This document shows positions 51,006 through 61,600 of a DNA stretch of 64,000 nucleotides, piece after piece. This stretch comes from Magallana gigas (lineage: Eukaryota). Location: positions 44,950,001 through 45,014,000 of the forward strand of contig NC_088856.1 in the NCBI RefSeq assembly GCF_963853765.1, in the 5' to 3' direction. The notes under the pieces are model-generated. The model saw only the letters and a program-made list of their open reading frames with translations, was not told the origin of the DNA and did not search any database. How positions within the stretch are numbered: the first letter of the stretch is position 1; each line of letters starts with the position of its first letter. The translations under genes and the position numbers were made by a program.

Positions 51006-51986
51006 ATGCAAGTGGTTTTTGTTTTAGTTTTAGTGTTTAGTTGTAGTTTAGCTCAGCCCTGTAGGAGAGAAGAAGATGTTGTTACGTGTTTTAGATTTGT
51101 TAGGAGAGAGTTTGAAGGCAGTAGAATTATGAAAATTGCAGAAGTGAATGCCCCACGTCTAGATCTGACAGAATTTGAAAATTTGGAACAATTACAGATA
51201 GTCAAGACCAGGCTATCCAGCAACGACATACAGAGAAACCCAAGGACGATAGTCATTCTTGGCTCTAAAGAATGCTCACATGTAAGTTATAATTATGCCT
51301 ACATGTTCACGTAGATAGTCAGTTAAAAATAAAAAGAAAGTGTTTGTTAACATTCATATTTACTTTATTTATTTTAGGATGTAACTACCGAGGAAAAAAC
51401 GAGCACTCTGACCAGCACTCTGACCAGCACTCTGACCAGCCTGACGAGAGACATCTTAACAAACGGCACAGGTAAATAAATTTTTTTTTTTTTTTTTTTT
51501 TTTTTTAAGTACGCGTCTCGGAGACTTTGACAACGATGACTGAAAAATTATGATTTTTTTTTTCTATTTAAAAACGAGAGAGATACGTTGAATGTAAATG
51601 ACACAATATTCAGAATGTATTATTTTAACTTTTAGATGTTAAGCTGATTGTCCTATACGGAGTGATTTCCGTCATTTTTATTTTGACGGCCGTGATATGT
51701 ATTGCCCTTGCGCTATGGAGGAAATGTAGGGGGCGCACCCACCCCATACCGATGCCGAATCCCTCGTGTACTTCGATATGAGTGACTTTAAAGTCGAATA
51801 AATTGTATATATTTTTTTATAGTGGTGACTATTTTGATTTGCATTCTGGAATGGATTTTCCGGGAGGAAGAGCTAATCCCACAGGAGGAAGCAGCAATTC
51901 AGCCACGGCAAGTGGAGATTCCCCCGCCACCAGTCCCCCGTAGATCCAACCGTACCAGGAGACCCCCGAATCGCTTAACGTATTGA
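51006..51986 (+). CDS. Spliced type-I membrane protein: signal peptide, Cys/LRR-like ectodomain, Thr/Ser stalk, TM helix, Pro/Arg-rich tail
   Basis: Exons 51006-51281, 51378-51471, 51636-51725 (or to TGA at 51781) and candidate 51823-51986. Signal MQVVFVLVLVFSCSLA; (TSTL)x3 from a 12-bp repeat; TM LIVLYGVISVIFILTAVICIALALW followed by RK. Confidence 0.7.
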
Positions 51987-52635
51987 CTTGTAAATAAAAC
52001 GGACTGTGTGTGATGTAAATAAAAGTATGTTGTTGTTGTTGTTTGAACTACATTGATATACTTTGAATTAAATTGTTATAACTGATTATTATCGTCTTTC
52101 TTTTCCTACTGGTACAAAGTTGAATCAGGTGTTACTAAAAGTTCATTATATAACCAAGATCCTTGAGGCACCATGAGTACGATGCATAAGAGCAGTCGTC
52201 GATATGTTGGAACTAGTTGATAAGAAAAAAAAATAAGTCTTAAGTATCAAGTATCATGAAGTATTCAAACGTGTCAGCGAGGAACAATAAGTTAACAAAA
52301 TGTCTGAATTTCAGACCAAAATGTTGTTGTTGATATGTTAAAACATGTTTATGACCGAATCATGTTAGAATTATTCTTACGTAAAAAGTTTCACGAGGTA
52401 ATCAAACAAGATCAATGAGGAACAATAAGAGCAAACGAAATATTATATCAGAGTTAACAAAATGTCTAAATCACATGCTGAAATGAGGGGCGATGGAAAT
52501 GAGTTTGAACACGACTTTATCTCTTAATAAAATAAAAGGTTGCGAAATTTTTATGTAAATAATGAGGTAACATATAGATATATATAAAGTCGACAATTTC
52601 ATCAAAAATACTGACATTCTGTATTCAACACAGCC

Positions 52636-53148
52636 ATGGCCGTAACTCTGTTCAGCTGCGAATTGGGAGAAGGGAGAGTTTTGAGCATTATAAAAGACGA
52701 GGCGGAGTATTTTATAGATCTCCGGATTGTTGAAAACGACGATCAGCCGTCCAGGAAAGGCCAGCGCCTAACACTGAGCCGTTGGAAGAACCTAATCAAC
52801 AACATTGAAGACATAGAAAAGGAAGTAGAGAGTATGAAAAATAAAGAGGACGTCGACTACCGACTTCACTTGGGAGGAAACATATTTGTTTCAATTAAAA
52901 CACCGTACTGGTGCGTGAACCTCCGGAAGTTTAGGGACGGGACCATCCCCACGCATGAAGGCCTATCCTTAAAATTTGGACAGTGGCAGCATATGATTGG
53001 GAGGTTGGATGAAATCCACTTCCAACTCCCAATTGACATTGAGACAGTGACACCCTGTCAGCTATCGGAAGACCACCAGAACCAAGTCGGAATGCTCCGG
53101 TGTCCCGAGTGTAATCCAAACGATTTTGATGCATACAGTGACGATTAA
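52636..53148 (+). CDS. Tandem PC4-like ssDNA-binding domains with a C-terminal C/H...CPEC motif
   Basis: Two repeats of the PC4 pattern: FIDLR..SRKGQRLTLSRWKNL and VNLRKF..HEGLSLKFGQWQHM. Confidence 0.75.
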   Translation: MAVTLFSCELGEGRVLSIIKDEAEYFIDLRIVENDDQPSRKGQRLTLSRWKNLINNIEDIEKEVESMKNKEDVDYRLHLGGNIFVSIKTPYWCVNLRKFRDGTIPTHEGLSLKFGQWQHMIGRLDEIHFQLPIDIETVTPCQLSEDHQNQVGMLRCPECNPNDFDAYSDD

Positions 53149-53226
53149 CTGTTTTTGATTTGTGTCTGTTTGAATTGAATTTGTTGAATATGTCTATCTT
53201 ACAAATAAAAGCATGTGTTCAAACGT

Positions 53227-53910
53227 ATGATTTTTCATTTGGTGTTTCACTGTAAGTCACTAAACATGTTTCCTTTTGAGAGTCATACAACGATGTCTAT
53301 ATCTGGCTGTACGGGCTCTGGTAAAACTACGTGGGTACGAAAACTAATGAAATATACTCGGGAAATGTTTGAGGGACCAAGTCCTGATAATATTTTATAC
53401 TGCTATGGTATTTATCAGAATGCATTTGACGAAATGGAAAAAGAGTTACCGAACCCAACATTTTTGCACGGGTTACCGTCCGAGTTGGATATTAACGCCC
53501 TCTGTCAAAATGGAGATCATAACATAATCATTATCGATGACTTGATGCACGAGGTAGTTAAAAATGGAGAGATGGAGAGGTTATTTACTCAAGGGGCTCA
53601 TCATCGTCGACTGACGATCGTTTACTTAAATCAAAACATGTACTGTCAAGGGAAGCACTCTAGAAATATTAATTTAAATACGCATTATATGATTTTACTG
53701 AAAAATCCGCGGGACGTGAACCAGATCCGCTGTTTGGGCAGACAGGTATTTGGCGGGAAATCCAACGCTTTGATAGAGGCGTATAACGACTGTTTATCCA
53801 GTCCCTATGGATATCTCGTTTTAGATCTTACCCCCCATGCCGAGGAACAATACCGGATTAGAACCGGGATATTCCCGGATGAAACCTGCATCGTATATAT
53901 TCCGAAGTAA
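53227..53910 (+). CDS. A32/FtsK-HerA-type genome packaging ATPase
   Basis: Walker A GCTGSGKT, Walker B IIIIDDLM, HHRRLTIVYLNQN, NTHY..LKNPRD. Start is at 53227 or 53266. Confidence 0.92.
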   Translation: MIFHLVFHCKSLNMFPFESHTTMSISGCTGSGKTTWVRKLMKYTREMFEGPSPDNILYCYGIYQNAFDEMEKELPNPTFLHGLPSELDINALCQNGDHNIIIIDDLMHEVVKNGEMERLFTQGAHHRRLTIVYLNQNMYCQGKHSRNINLNTHYMILLKNPRDVNQIRCLGRQVFGGKSNALIEAYNDCLSSPYGYLVLDLTPHAEEQYRIRTGIFPDETCIVYIPK

Positions 53911-53964
53911 TACTTATATTAGTCTCATTTTGGACAATGACTTGTAAGAGGCCACACGTGTATA

Positions 53965-54328
53965 ATGAGTATAAACATATCTAAAGTTTTCATTTACCTG
54001 AAATTAATGTTAGACGAACAGACGCCCAAAGAGCAAAAGTTTGGTTTACTAATATACAGCGAGCCCAGTCCAAATCCGGGCTTTAACAGAAATAGTTCAC
54101 AACCTGCTTTTAGGTTCCCTAACTTTGAACGAGAGTTTGATCAAGCTAATTCGTAAAAGAAGAAAGTTACTATTAAATTTTAACAATCCAGAACGCTCGT
54201 TTAAAACCAAACTCCGCGCATTGAGATCGCATTACCGTTACTTCACGGAACTTTTATGTCTGGCAAGCCCCGTTATTTTTCAACAAAACAATGAACTACA
54301 CTCGGAAAATGGTGTTAATTCCGATTGA
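53965..54328 (+). pseudogene. Small basic Polinton protein split by a frameshift near 54052
   Basis: Joining the two ORFs gives MSINISKVFIYLKLML...TASPVQIRALTEIVHNLLLGSLTLNESLIKLIRKRRKLL, which resembles the small conserved Maverick protein found next to the ATPase. Confidence 0.55.
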
Positions 54329-54482
54329 GCAGTACGAACGACTGTTAAAAAGAAAGCATACTGAAGCGCAGTCCGGTGCGGGAAAGTCCGCACGCGCAGA
54401 GCCGCCGCCGCCGCCGCCGCCGCCGCCGCCCGGTATTCCCGCAAAACGAAAAACCGACAAGTGGATTCAATTGAAATTTTGA
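54291..54482 (+). CDS. 63-aa Pro-rich protein with a Polinton PZ-like N-terminus
   Basis: RKMVLIPIEQYERL, QSGAG motif, poly-Pro and a terminal KW. Family assignment is from recollection. Confidence 0.5.
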   Translation: MNYTRKMVLIPIEQYERLLKRKHTEAQSGAGKSARAEPPPPPPPPPPGIPAKRKTDKWIQLKF

Positions 54483-54490
54483 TATAAACA

Positions 54491-55545
54491 ATGAATAAGA
54501 CGAAGTATTTACAACAGATCTATTTTGATTCCTCTCACCCGGCTGCCTATTCTAGCGAGGAGAAATTGTATAGATGGGTGAAAGAAGAAGGGAAGTATAA
54601 GATTCCGAGAGCCGAAATTAAAAAGTGGTTACAATCTCAAGAAGCTTACAGTGTACATAAACAAAGTCGGGGTAAATTCGCTAGAAGGAGTGTCATAGCA
54701 ACCTACAAACATTATCAGTGGGATATTGATACAGCGGTTTTAGAGTCTTACAAATCCGAAAACGACGGTTACGCTTACTTTGTACTGGCCATTGATATAT
54801 TTTCGAGATTCGTATGGACCTTCCCGCTAAAAACCAGAAAAGGAACAGAAATGGCGAAAGCATTGAGCGAGATTTTTAAGACGGCTGGTCAGACCCCCCA
54901 CAATATTCGGACAGATAAAGGTACGGAATATCTCAATTCCAATGTGAAGGAATTATTGAAACGGAAAAAAGTTAAGCGATAAAAACGATCAAAAAGAAAA
55001 TAGCCCGTTTATTGACCCGTAATAAGACTCATCGGTGGAAAGACGAACTGGTTAATATTACCCAAAGTTATAATAGTACGTACCATCGAGGAATTGGTAA
55101 AACACCCAAATCCGTGACCAATGACGACCGGTACCGGTTTTGGCATTTACAACGGCGTAATGCGAAAAATCCGTCAACAGCCGCGGCATTTAAATACCTT
55201 ATCGGAGATGCCGTAAGAATTTCACACTTGCGCGATCTATTTCGGAGAGAGTACGACGAGAGGTGGACTAGAGAAATATTTTTCGTTACCTCTCGCTTCA
55301 TTAGAGACGGGTTTCATTTCTACACTTTAAAAGACTTTAGCAATGAGGAAATAGTAGGTAATTTTTACCAAAGCGAATTGCAGAAAGCGATCGTGAACGC
55401 GGATACCCAATATACCGTTGAAAAGGTAGTGCGCAAAAGAAAAAGAAATAACGAGACAGAGGTTCTCGTTAAATGGCTTGGCTGGGGGCGAAAATTCAAC
55501 AGTTGGATTCCCCAGTCGCAGCTCAAGGGCGCGCCAACAACATGA
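54491..55545 (+). pseudogene. Retroviral-type (rve) integrase with C-terminal chromodomain, disrupted by a deletion/frameshift at about 54976
   Basis: WDIDT (D1) and IRTDKGTE (D2) are present. The segment carrying the third acidic residue is missing between KVK and AIKTIKKKI. The chromodomain reads YTVEKVVRKR..LVKWLGWGRKFNSWIP. Confidence 0.92.
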
Positions 55546-55967
55546 GCGAGCAATACGTATTTTGTACCTCTAAAGATAGCCTTAATTTTCACCCCGAGAA
55601 TAATTCCCATAGTTTCATCGTAGAGCTGCCATACCTGTTAGAATTTTCCGGCGATTGGGAGTGCGGTTTAGTAGATGTTAAATTCGAGACTTTAACTCCC
55701 ATACAAATACCCGTCATAAACATTTGTTCGGACTTGTGCGTAAACAGTTGTCTCGGTAGTGAAAGAGTACCGATTTTAAGGAGATTGTTACACCCGAACC
55801 AACCCCTAGTTAATCCGTATTACATTCGCCTTGCACGTGATCAGATTCAAAGATTTCGGATTTATTTAATGTACGACACTCGTACCGTAGAATCATTACC
55901 GCTTACAAAGCTGTACTGTACACTTCACTTTAGAAAATGTCTAGGAAACCGTTCATTCCGGATGTAA
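55542..55967 (+). CDS. Minor capsid protein (penton-like single jelly roll), compact form
   Basis: SKDSLNFHPENNSHSFIVELP..FSGDWECGL..INICSDLC..PILRR..PYYI..TLHFR. The ATG overlaps the integrase TGA (ATGA). Confidence 0.75.
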   Translation: MSEQYVFCTSKDSLNFHPENNSHSFIVELPYLLEFSGDWECGLVDVKFETLTPIQIPVINICSDLCVNSCLGSERVPILRRLLHPNQPLVNPYYIRLARDQIQRFRIYLMYDTRTVESLPLTKLYCTLHFRKCLGNRSFRM

Positions 55968-56236
55968 ACGAATGGAAAAAACATTTTGTAGAGAGCGCGG
56001 ATATGAAATATATTCCGAATCAAAAGACTTACGTTATCGGTCAGTTCGGGAACGGAAGTAGACCAGTGACGCAGATTGAACTAATCACCCCTACCCAGCA
56101 AGCGGTTGAAATGGCCAGATCTGAGCTGAAGAAACGAAAGAATGACGGAGAACCCATCGTACATTTTGAGGCGCCTCCGGAGCCGAGACGAGCCGCTAAG
56201 AAAAAGAAGAGAAATTCATTTGTTTACACCCAATAA
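55937..56236 (+). CDS. Small basic putative virion core protein precursor
   Basis: PFIPDVNEWKKHF..QFGNG..TPTQQAVEMARSELKK with a Lys/Arg-rich tail; it lies between the minor and major capsid genes. Confidence 0.55.
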   Translation: MSRKPFIPDVNEWKKHFVESADMKYIPNQKTYVIGQFGNGSRPVTQIELITPTQQAVEMARSELKKRKNDGEPIVHFEAPPEPRRAAKKKKRNSFVYTQ

Positions 56237-56310
56237 TTTTTTTTTCTCAATAAATTATAGCTAGCATTTGGTTATTATTTCATTCTTTCGCTGTCTCTCA
56301 AACCGAAAAC

Positions 56311-57620
56311 ATGTACTGCGCCGAGGGCTCCAAACCGGCATTTAGTCGGCGATTAGCGCTTTTCCATAATTTCCCCACCGAGGCGGGGGTAGAACAAACG
56401 GAATGGATTGATATTAGACCTACGTCAAGTCCAGTATACGGGGGCGCAGTAGAGTTTAATATATCGGGGTCAGGTACGAATTATATCGATTTACAAAGAA
56501 CAAGACTCTACGTGCGTTTGAGACTATTGCATGAAGATGGTTCCATTTTAAACGAGAAAGAAAAAGTTGCTCTTATTAACCTCCCCTTACACTCTATGTG
56601 GAACCAAGTAGATATTTCCCTACAACAACAAATCATAACTTCGAGCGTTTCTAACAATTACGCGTACAAAGCCTACATTGACATGCTTTTAAAACACGGC
56701 ACTCTTCCGAATGATCCCGAATGCCAGACTCAGCTCTACAATCAAGACAACGCCGGAAGTTTTGATGACGCCGATCCGATCACCGGTAGCAATTTAGGTC
56801 TTTACATAAGGAGCACTTTTACTGCAGGTAGTAAAAGTTTAGACCTAGAGGGACCTATATTTACAGACATTTGTCAACAAGAGCGGTTTGTCATCAACGG
56901 GGTTCAAGTGGGAATTAAACTTTGGCCCGCTCGAGAAACCTTTTGCCTCATGTCGTCCGAAAGCGCTGTCCGATATAAGCTACAAATAGAAGACTGCGTC
57001 TTGAAATGCTGTTACGTAAAAATTAACCCCGGGGTCATTCTCGGGCACAGCGAGGTTCTCCTCAAGCAGCCTGCCATTTACCCGCTTCGACGCTCCGACC
57101 TGAAATGTTTTACTATCGCCGCCGGTCAGTTCCACATGAACATTGACGACGTGTTTCAGGGAGATATTCCGGAAAGCTTAGTAGTCGGTCTGGTTTCTTC
57201 CAGAGCCTACAGCGGGGACTACACCCTCAACCCTTATAATTTTCAACATTTTAAGTGTAATTTCGCCGCTTTCTACGTGGATGGAAAATCGGTACCGACA
57301 AACCCGATAGAGCCCAATTACAGCAAAGGTACTTACATATCAGCCTATCTGTCTCTGTTTTCCGGAAAAGGTACAAATACTACTGCGCATCCATTTTCTC
57401 TCAGTCGCGAAGATTACGCGAGGGGATACTGTTTATACATGTTTGATGTCAATAGTACATATGATAGTGAAAATAATCTACCCCTTCTAAGGAAGGGACA
57501 CACTAGATGACAATTCAAATTCGATACCGCTTTGCAAGAGGCAGTAACATGTATATGTTACGCGTATTTTCCATCAGTATTAAAGATTAATGCCGCGCGC
57601 AACGTTGAAGCGAAATATTG
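56311..57620 (+). pseudogene. Double jelly-roll major capsid protein with one premature TGA (57508-57510)
   Basis: GAVEFNISGSGTNYIDLQRTRLYV, DLEGPIFTDICQQERF, NPYNFQHF, REDYARGYCLYMFD. The same frame continues after the stop as QFKFDTALQEAVTCICYAYFPSVLKINAARNV. Confidence 0.92.
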
Positions 57621-58070
57621 GAAGATAGACACTTACAGAAAGCGATGCTTCAGGACCCATTTATTAAAGCCGGAGGAGTATTTCCGGCTGACGGCCTTTT
57701 ACGCATTAGTAGTCCGCGAGGATTTTATATTTTGAACACCGATGAAACGGGGCAGCCTGGCAGTCACTGGTGTGTTTTTTATTTCAACGATGAAAATTCA
57801 GAATTCTTTGATTCTTTAGGTCAACCCCCCGAGTCTTATCATGCTTACTTTAGATACTACCTTATAGCTAGGGGTAAACCAGTTGTTTACAATAAACAAA
57901 GAATTCAAAGTCGAGATTCGAGTGACTGCGGCCAATATTGTCTCTATTACTGTTATTTTCGAGCAAGAGGACTAAGCATGCGTGATGTTTTAACTAATTT
58001 CGACCCAGATTCACTGCTTCAAAATGATAAGTTTGTTCACGACTTTACAGAAAGGATATTTCAATTATAA
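57618..58070 (+). CDS. Adenain-like (C5/Ulp1-fold) maturation cysteine protease; begins with TTG (ATG possibly mutated)
   Basis: GVFPAD, NTDETGQPGSHW (His), FFDSLG (Asp), IQS..SDCGQYC (Gln/Cys). Confidence 0.9.
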   Translation: MEDRHLQKAMLQDPFIKAGGVFPADGLLRISSPRGFYILNTDETGQPGSHWCVFYFNDENSEFFDSLGQPPESYHAYFRYYLIARGKPVVYNKQRIQSRDSSDCGQYCLYYCYFRARGLSMRDVLTNFDPDSLLQNDKFVHDFTERIFQL

Positions 58071-58113
58071 AACCCGGGTACTTATCCTCTCCTTACTTCA
58101 TTTGTTACCAAAC

Positions 58114-58521
58114 ATGGAGACTGAAAGGTTCGTCGATTCCAGCTGTTCGCTCAAGAAAAAGTTCAACTCTTTCAAATTAAAAGGAATTCTCAGTCTACTG
58201 TCAATTACATGCATGGCTATAGTGATCGCGATGACAACCATATCTTCGTTACCCTCGCATAAGACAGAGAAAGAAACGAATATCACCACCGTGAATATGA
58301 ACAATACTCTTTGTGACTTTATACAGTCTTTTTCGATTTCTGGGAATGTTTACGTGTCCATTTGTCTATACCAAGAAACTTTCAGAATTGATCTGAGATT
58401 TTTCATCAACAAGAAAGCTACGATTAAAGGTTTACACCTAACTACCGAACAGTGGCAAAGACTTATCAAGATAATTCCTATCATAAACAATGTACTCTCT
58501 AGACTTTCATATAAACAATAA
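58114..58521 (+). CDS. PC4-like domain protein with an N-terminal hydrophobic (TM-like) segment, about 135 aa
   Basis: GILSLLSITCMAIVIAMTTISSL, then SISGNVYVSI..FRIDLRFF..ATIKGLHLTTEQWQRL. Confidence 0.7.
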   Translation: METERFVDSSCSLKKKFNSFKLKGILSLLSITCMAIVIAMTTISSLPSHKTEKETNITTVNMNNTLCDFIQSFSISGNVYVSICLYQETFRIDLRFFINKKATIKGLHLTTEQWQRLIKIIPIINNVLSRLSYKQ

Positions 58522-58616
58522 TGCCTGAGTTTGTAGATATTTATTTATAAAAATGTAGATATTTATTTCAATAAACAATTTAAAAAACAAAACAAAACAT
58601 GGCTTGTATTTTATTA

Positions 58617-61600
58617 TTATTCGGGACTCAGCGTAATGTCAAGCACCTTAGTGTCTACACCATTGTCCTCCACTCGACGTTTGCAGTAAAAGTAAGTGAA
58701 GCCGGCTCGTTCCTGCTCGTATGAAAATATTCCATTGTCCTTTGCGCGGAATCCTTTGTTCACGGCGCTAACGTACTTTGTTGTTTTTAAAACAGTTCTA
58801 AACGTGTTCAATGGCGTTAGGACTGCGCGCTTTGAAATTCCTTTGCAGCTGAATTTGGTCTCTCTCGTCAACCGCGAAGATCCCGCTTGTAAACGCTTGA
58901 TGGGTTTTAGGCCTTTTGCCTTTCTAACAAGGCGTCTCGCCCTAAGATACCCCTGCATGCGGAATTGTTCAGTCTTATTTACATTATAAGTTTTCGAACA
59001 AAGACCCACAAACTCGTCCCCTTCAAATTCTAACTTAAAAAGCCCCGGTGTTCTTTTGTCCCTTTTTGCGTGTTTGCTACAACATTTCCGAGGAAACCAG
59101 TGATGTTGGGCATCGGCTTCGATGTCTAGCTGGTTACAAAAATCGTAAAGACCCCGCAAATACTGTTGTTGCATGTGAGGTTTCACAATACAGTCCAGGC
59201 TTTTCCCGGATATGGCCATATAAGCGCTGTCCGTATCCATCTCACAATACATGAAATCTGTTCGTTGACAATATCGATCCATAAAATCGTAGTAGAACTC
59301 TAGCATTCTAAGTTTGGCATATTGTAAAATAAAGTAACCTAACTGTATGGGTAAATCTAACACAATGTTAGATTTTGCCTTTTCAACTTCATACACGGAA
59401 TCTTCTAGCAAAGTCAGATTAACAAAGTCTGGTTTATTTACGGCTTTCTGGGCTTCGTCCACTCCTTGAATATACTGTACATTTCTGTGTTTAAGCTTGT
59501 CCATAATTAGACCGCCGTATGCTGAATTTCCTATCGTTTTGTTAGTGTCTACAATGACACTCAGTTTTGGATCATCATCCCCCTGGCGTCTGGCCTCTGT
59601 TACATTAGTAACGAATGACTGAAAACATTTCATCGGGGTATATTCTATAACTTGATAAATATTTTTTACTTCGAGGTCGTGCTGTAGATACCATTGTAAC
59701 AAGGGAGAAGCTAATAGCAATTTTCTGGCTTTCATTCCACCCACCAATAGTCGCCTCGGTTTTTCCGACAAGCCGTTTTCACGCACATGTTGTTGCATGT
59801 GGGGTCCTATTGCTTCAAATGGTATATCTGAGGTACAAAATAAAGGCGCCATTTCTTCAAAGTAGTCGTAAGGCTAGCGCTGTAGCTGCGATTGAAAATG
59901 TGAAGGCCATTCATCCGGAACACAGATATCAACCTCTATCATTCCAAATAGTCGACCGTCATAGACGGCTTCCAGAATTTCTGACTCGGAAACCTTCCTT
60001 TTATAATGTCGAAAAAAGGGTGGCGATTTTTTATTTATCAAGTTCTGCAGTGACTTGCTGCTTGTCTTCAGGTTTCTGTACTCGCATTCCCATATTTGAT
60101 TTAACCTGTAGCCTCGCTCTTGTATATACTGATTCGTTTGCAATGTATTTTTATACTTGTCTGCTCGGTTTTGTCGCCATTTCTCATTCCTAACGCGTTT
60201 CGTTATTTCACAGTCATGGCCATGGCGATAACATCCATGAAACTTGAAGATTGTCGAGGTACTGGAACAAAACCCATCTACTGGATAGGGACCCACTCGT
60301 TTTTCTCGCCCGTAATTTAATTTATGCTTAATTCTATGCTTTGTTGTCTGTGACAGCCAGTCCATCCAGTGGTATGCAGACACGAAATGATCCCGTGCTT
60401 CTGGTCTAAACGCATTCTCCTTTAGACGACGAACGTAAGTACCAGTAGGCATGGCTTGATTTAAAGCCCATAGGTATAAGGCATTTGCATCGTAGCCCAC
60501 AATCCGCCCGCAGGGTTTGTTAACATTATGTCTAATGTTGGTTAATCCCACTTTTGAAAATCGATTAAAGATAATCGAGGGTCCTCCTATAATGTTCTTC
60601 TTAACTGTTTGAAATAGGTCTTTGTCTTCTTCGCCAAATAAAGCAAACGACGCCCCGCTTTCTTTGCTGGCCTGGAATAACATCTCTCGAGCGATTCCAG
60701 GTACTGTCATGGCAACTTTAAAGACATCGATGCATCTATCAAAGTAAAACTTTTGTAACCTTTGCGCGGCTTCTACGAAGGGGCCGACATCCAAATTGTT
60801 GTACCAGATTAAAAAGTCTTCCATAGTTTTCATTTTCTCTCTTCGCCACACATCCAAACAGTAAAGATATTCTTCTTCTGTTATGTTCTTTCCTTTAAGC
60901 GAACTGTAGAATGCCGAATGTGAGGGGAGTTTTGTCTCTAACAATTTGTCGGCGTTTGTTAAGTATTCATACGAGAAAAAACCTTTTGATTCCGTCACAT
61001 CGTACGCTTTCAAAAAACCGGAATAACTCGTCCCAGCTGCTAAGTAATTAGAGATGTCTAAAAACTTGAACTGGTCATTTGCAATGCATGTATAGCTGTT
61101 GTTTTTCTTGATGGTTATGCCCCCAGTTTGATGCATGTACATGTGTTTCGCGATGTGTTTTTTGATTAAGTTCAAATCATATCTGGAGGAGTTAAAACCC
61201 AACACCGGGATCTGCTCGCAATACATTTCAAACTTCTTTTTCATTTTCTGTAAACCGGATGACATCAAAACACCGTCTTCTTCCGTTTGCCATTCATCGA
61301 TCTTACAGTCCAACTCAATAAAAACGCCCTCCCATCTCTCGCAAGACAATGCATTTGCTCGTTCTGCTATTTCTGCCATGTATTCCAGCATGCTTTCCAC
61401 TAGCGCATCGCAATTTGCATTGACAAAACATTTTGGTTCTCGGAAGTCCTCTACATTTGAACACACGCTGACAGATATTGGTTGATGTTCGGCGCTCCAT
61501 TTTAATTTTCCTGATTGTGTTTCATCAATGGCTTGAAGAATGGCCTCAAAATCAAACACAATGAAATATGGATAGTGTCTAATATCGTTGTCGACGTGGA

